Of a stretch of DNA of 62,000 bases, positions 58,079 through 62,000 are shown one piece after another (position 1 is the stretch's first letter; the number at the start of each line of letters is the position of its first letter). The translations under genes were made by a program, and so were the position numbers. The notes under the pieces are model-generated. The model saw nothing but the letters and a program-made list of their open reading frames with translations. It was not told where the DNA came from and ran no database searches. The DNA comes from Wallemia ichthyophaga EXF-994. Lineage: Eukaryota > Fungi > Basidiomycota. Location: the NCBI RefSeq assembly GCF_000400465.1, contig NW_008806277.1, positions 20,001 through 82,000 of the forward strand. Direction: 5' to 3'.

Positions 58079-59685
58079 CTAATCACTCACCATCTGTGGG
58101 TTGGATTCGCGGGTGATAGTGAGTATATGATCGCCAATAGCACGTGCATCGAATCCTGCCTCACAGTAAGTAAAGTAGTAAACCCACTTGCGTCTAAACA
58201 CCTCGATCGCCTCATCCGACAATCCTTTATGTTCGAGTGCGAGATGATGGCGAATTTGTGTATCGAACGACGCCTCGAAAGCCCTGCGCCAATCGCGAAG
58301 AGTGCGAGAGTAATGAGGGCCTATCTGCACAACATTATCGACCACCAGCTTTCCTTTGGTGCCCTCCAAGAGTGTATCAAAGAGGGCTGTGAGACTAGGC
58401 AGAACGCCACCCGGGAAAATATACTTGCGAATGAAATCGACATTCTTAACGTAAGCCCCGAAACGACCTTCGGGGATGGTAATAGCCTGGATGACGGCGA
58501 TGCCGTTGTCATTGAGTGCCCAATCAAGGCAATCGAAGTAACGGGCCAGGTACTCTATACCCACAGCTTCGATCATTTCAATCGATACGACACGGTCGAA
58601 ATTTGCGTGCCAACTCTGTGGCATGTTTCTATAATCGCAGAGATGCACCCTGATGCGATTACTCAGTCCAGCATCACTGATACGTTGCTCGGCGAGCTCT
58701 TTCTGCGCTGTGCTCAGAGTGAGTGTGTCGACTATTAGACTCGGGTAAAGCTTGCACGCCTCGATCGCAAACGATCCCCACCCACTGCCTATTTCTAGCA
58801 AACGCATGTTGGGGAGAATGCTAGTTTTGTGTATGATTGTGTGCAGCTTTCGCAGCTGCGCAGCGTGCAGATCATCACCCTCATTCACTGCATCCCCATT
58901 AGCCAGTGTGCGGCCGTTGTTGTTTAGTTTCAGTTTGTGTGTTTTCTGTTTTTTCTTCGAGTTGCTGGTTGTGCTGCCGTTATTGGTGGTGCTACCGTTG
59001 CTGCCATTGCTCCCAGTAAGCGCCAACGCCACCTCCGTATCTGCCTTGGGATCCTCGTAGATACCGCAGCTGTATGTCATATCGGGGGAGAGGAAGCTGG
59101 TGAACATGTCGTTTGAGATATCGTAGTGAGCTGAGATATTGCGACGCGTGTTCGTTATGCTGTTTGCGAAACGCGTGTTGAGAGCATACGCCAGCCAGCT
59201 ATACAGATAAGAAGGCAGAGTCGACATTTCAGCGAGGTGCTTGCGGTTAGCTATGAAAATCTATAAAAGGCGCGGTAAGCACACATCGACGCGCCTCGCA
59301 ACCCACGACACACCTTGAAGACGGAAGTGAGATCATCGACGTCTATATCGCCGAACATGTACGCCTCGCTGAAACCAACATCGTTCATTAGGAGTAGACG
59401 CACCCAGAAAGCGTGATTCTTTACTGTGATGGTGGCTTGTGGCTGTTTGCCCGGTTCCCCCTTTCCAAATACCACAGCACCCTCATCACCGAGTACAACC
59501 AGCCTCCCAATCTCGATTCGCTGAAAGTACGACACAATCAACTGACGTGAAATCGCTGTCACTGGCCCAAACCCATAACCCAGAAATCCCTCTTTTACGC
59601 TGCCAAGTACCTTTTCTGCAGCTCGCAGCACACCACCGCTACCGACATTGCCACCGAAATCAATTTTTTCTCTCTCTACTCCCAC
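58079..59685 (-). CDS. Cyclopropane-fatty-acyl-phospholipid synthase (start uncertain, intron near 59255-59300)
   Basis: NISAHYDISNDMF, LEIGSGWG, FDRVVSIEMIEAVG, YIFPGGVLPS, YFTYCEAGF; N-terminal DVGFSEAYMFGD. Confidence 0.9.
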
Positions 59686-59875
59686 TGTACTTTCCCTGAA
59701 TCCACCACGTCAGCTTATCCGCGGCGCTATCTTTCCATTCTCACATAACGGTAGTGATCGCCGAGTTCCGAAAGGCAATGACCGCGCACGCATGACAAAA
59801 GCGGAGGTACATTTATATTTACATTTATAGTGTCATCATATTCATCGCAATCATCGTAATCTATATTATATACCT

Positions 59876-61323
59876 TTACAACAACGTCGAATGTGTTCTA
59901 TCGCGGCATGTCTTGAGAAACTTTATCAATGATGTCCCTCCTGTACCTTTGATATCCGTATCGCGCGATTCCGGGACATTTGCTGAATTTGAGTCTGATT
60001 CTTTCTCTGCCTTGCGCGACTGCGTCACAACATACAGCGTAGCTATCTTGATATGTTCACTACGCAACTTCTTCATCGATTCTATCGCACCATTGTACGC
60101 AGATTGCAGGTCAGCATTATGCGACGTACCCACGACATCCCGGCAGCTCGGTTCGACACATTTGAGGTGATTAAGGAACCGCCTGTGATAGTCAGGCATG
60201 TACGTCTGCATTCTGCGCATAAAAGTGTCGTCGAAATCAGCTTCGTCGTCTACAGGAGCATGATTTACCCCCAGGAAGGCATCTATAGCGTGAATTAGTG
60301 ATGATTGCCCTGCAGATGGTCCGCCGTAGTCTCTATACACCCCCAGCGGGTCGACGCCTTCGTAATGCCACTTGCCCTCGCCATTTGGTCCGTTGAACCA
60401 TCGCCTTATGCTCGTGTAGAACACTTCGGGACTGCATTCTGCACGCACTGCGACGAGTATCTCTGTAAGCACATTTATTTGAGCGGCTAGATCAGTCAAC
60501 TGCCTGCACATCCTGGGAAACGACACCTGCGGTGATACGTCTGCCATAAACGCTTCATCGAGACATTGAGACATCCTCTCCAAACATAATCTCCCCTCTA
60601 CTTCAATATGCGCCGAAGTTAAGTAGAAGTGTTCTTCATCGCGGGATTGAGTGAAAGTCAAGGGTGCTCGGAGATTTCCACGTCTAAGGCCCTTTGATTT
60701 GTCAATGTACTCCCAGTTCCACAGTACTGTGGAGGCGTAGGTGAGGATCGGAGGTAGACCGAGAGCCAGAGCGGTGGTATGCCAAGGAATCGCGATGGAG
60801 CGTGGTATGATCTGTGTCGATTGCGTAGTCTGCTTCTTGTGCGCTGGCTGCGAGTGAACGAAGAAATGAGCGAGGAACGACAGCACAGTGTATGCTCTTC
60901 GAACCGAGCGGATACCGTCGGAAAGGATAGTAGGGGGCTCGAGTACAGACATCTAATCGGCAACGACGTTAGAAATGCTTACGCAAAACTCACACCACTC
61001 ACGCCACAGATGGCATTACGCCATGTATTCGAAACCTCGTTGTTAGCACCGTCTAGAAGAAGAGGGAGATTTTGGGCAGAATCCAACGCTAACTCCCATA
61101 TATCATAGCACTCAGATAACCTCCTCAAAGGCTCTTCTGGTGGGAGAAACGCGGATCTGGGATCGACGTCGAAATCGGCAGCGGCAAGCGTGGAGCAGTC
61201 CAAGCTTCCGGAGTAGGTGAGCGAGCGCTGCGATAGGAAATGCTGATGAGGTAATTTTGTATTGGAATTCATTTTGGCGGAGAGCGCTTCTTGATCCGTG
61301 GCCATCATCAGCGATCTTGACAT
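59876..61323 (-). CDS. BNA2: Indoleamine 2,3-dioxygenase (one intron near 60960-61010)
   Basis: FDVDPRSAFLP, LPPILTYA, GPSAGQSSL, LRSEH (proximal His), KGTGGTSLIKFLK. Confidence 0.92.
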
Positions 61324-61388
61324 CTTGAAAGAAGGAGATCAAGAGGGGAATTATATAAACAAACAAGTAAATTATAATACTAAAAAAA

Positions 61389-62000
61389 ATGTATTGGCGA
61401 TTAGGATTCGGGGTTAATAAAGAGATTGATCAGATACTCGATAACCATAACGTCGAGCTTGAAGAGATCCTACAAGAAGATTCCGTCGTACACGAATCTA
61501 AATCTCATAATTACAGACTGATAGAGTATTTGACACTGCCGCATAACCTCAGAAAGCTTCTAAGCTACTCTATTGGCAAGGCAACAGTTGATGACGACAG
61601 GAATAAGCTGAGGTGGGTCTTTTAATACTTTAAACTCTTCAATCATCTCAATTCACCTCATTCATTTAAGATTCCCGTACGTGGCCACCGAGATATTGTC
61701 CAGTGATATTCCTGCGATACACAATACTCTACTAGAGCCTTCAAATCGCAACGAGTACATACAGCCATTCTGGGATTTTATTATCAACAAGTCCACCCAA
61801 GAGTTGAATGATTTAAACCCCTTTGTCGGCTATTGGGGAAAAATATTGGCAAAATTGTTAGACACTAAGTCAGATCAAGTGGTTGAATTCCTCAAAGCTC
61901 AACCATCTCCTATAGATTCGTTCCTCAAACACATTGAAACTCCCGTTATCGGTGATTTACTATTTAGATTAATTGTCTCTGATCACCATAACTCATCTCT
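61389..62000 (+). CDS. SIT4-associated protein (SAPS / Sap185-190 family), 5' part
   Basis: MYWRLGF..IDQILD..LEEILQEDSVVHESKSHNYRLIEYL; after an intron FPYVATEILSS; runs off the window. Confidence 0.85.

Overview
Eukaryotic, very gene-dense fungal DNA with short (~44-57 nt) GT-AG introns. A compact basidiomycete such as Wallemia is inferred from intron size, density and gene content; this was not verified. The window holds about 40 protein-coding genes, mostly housekeeping: RAD3 (3' part), TRM112, a GpsA-type glycerol-3-P dehydrogenase, RGP1, CMC2, MTQ1, HEM15, RPS12, TEM1/SPG1, ARO4, SCOT, RER2, NAT3, VPS35, SKI3, APC1, FBP1, WDR83, a PCL cyclin, CFA synthase, IDO/BNA2 and a SAP family gene (5' part). 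An apparently perfect 4,636-bp tandem duplication (9543-14178 / 14179-18814) carries RPS12, a class I hydrophobin, orphan ORFs and a TEM1 3' fragment. The main discovery lies inside it: a circularly permuted tRNA-Arg(ACG) gene. Its 3' half (9693-9728) lies upstream of its 5' half (9733-9768), separated by CCAC and split at the canonical 37/38 intron position. It has an upstream TATA/CAA, leader-trailer complementarity and a T7 terminator. I know such genes from red/green algae, a nucleomorph and an archaeon, but not from fungi. No transposon, CRISPR or rRNA was recognised.
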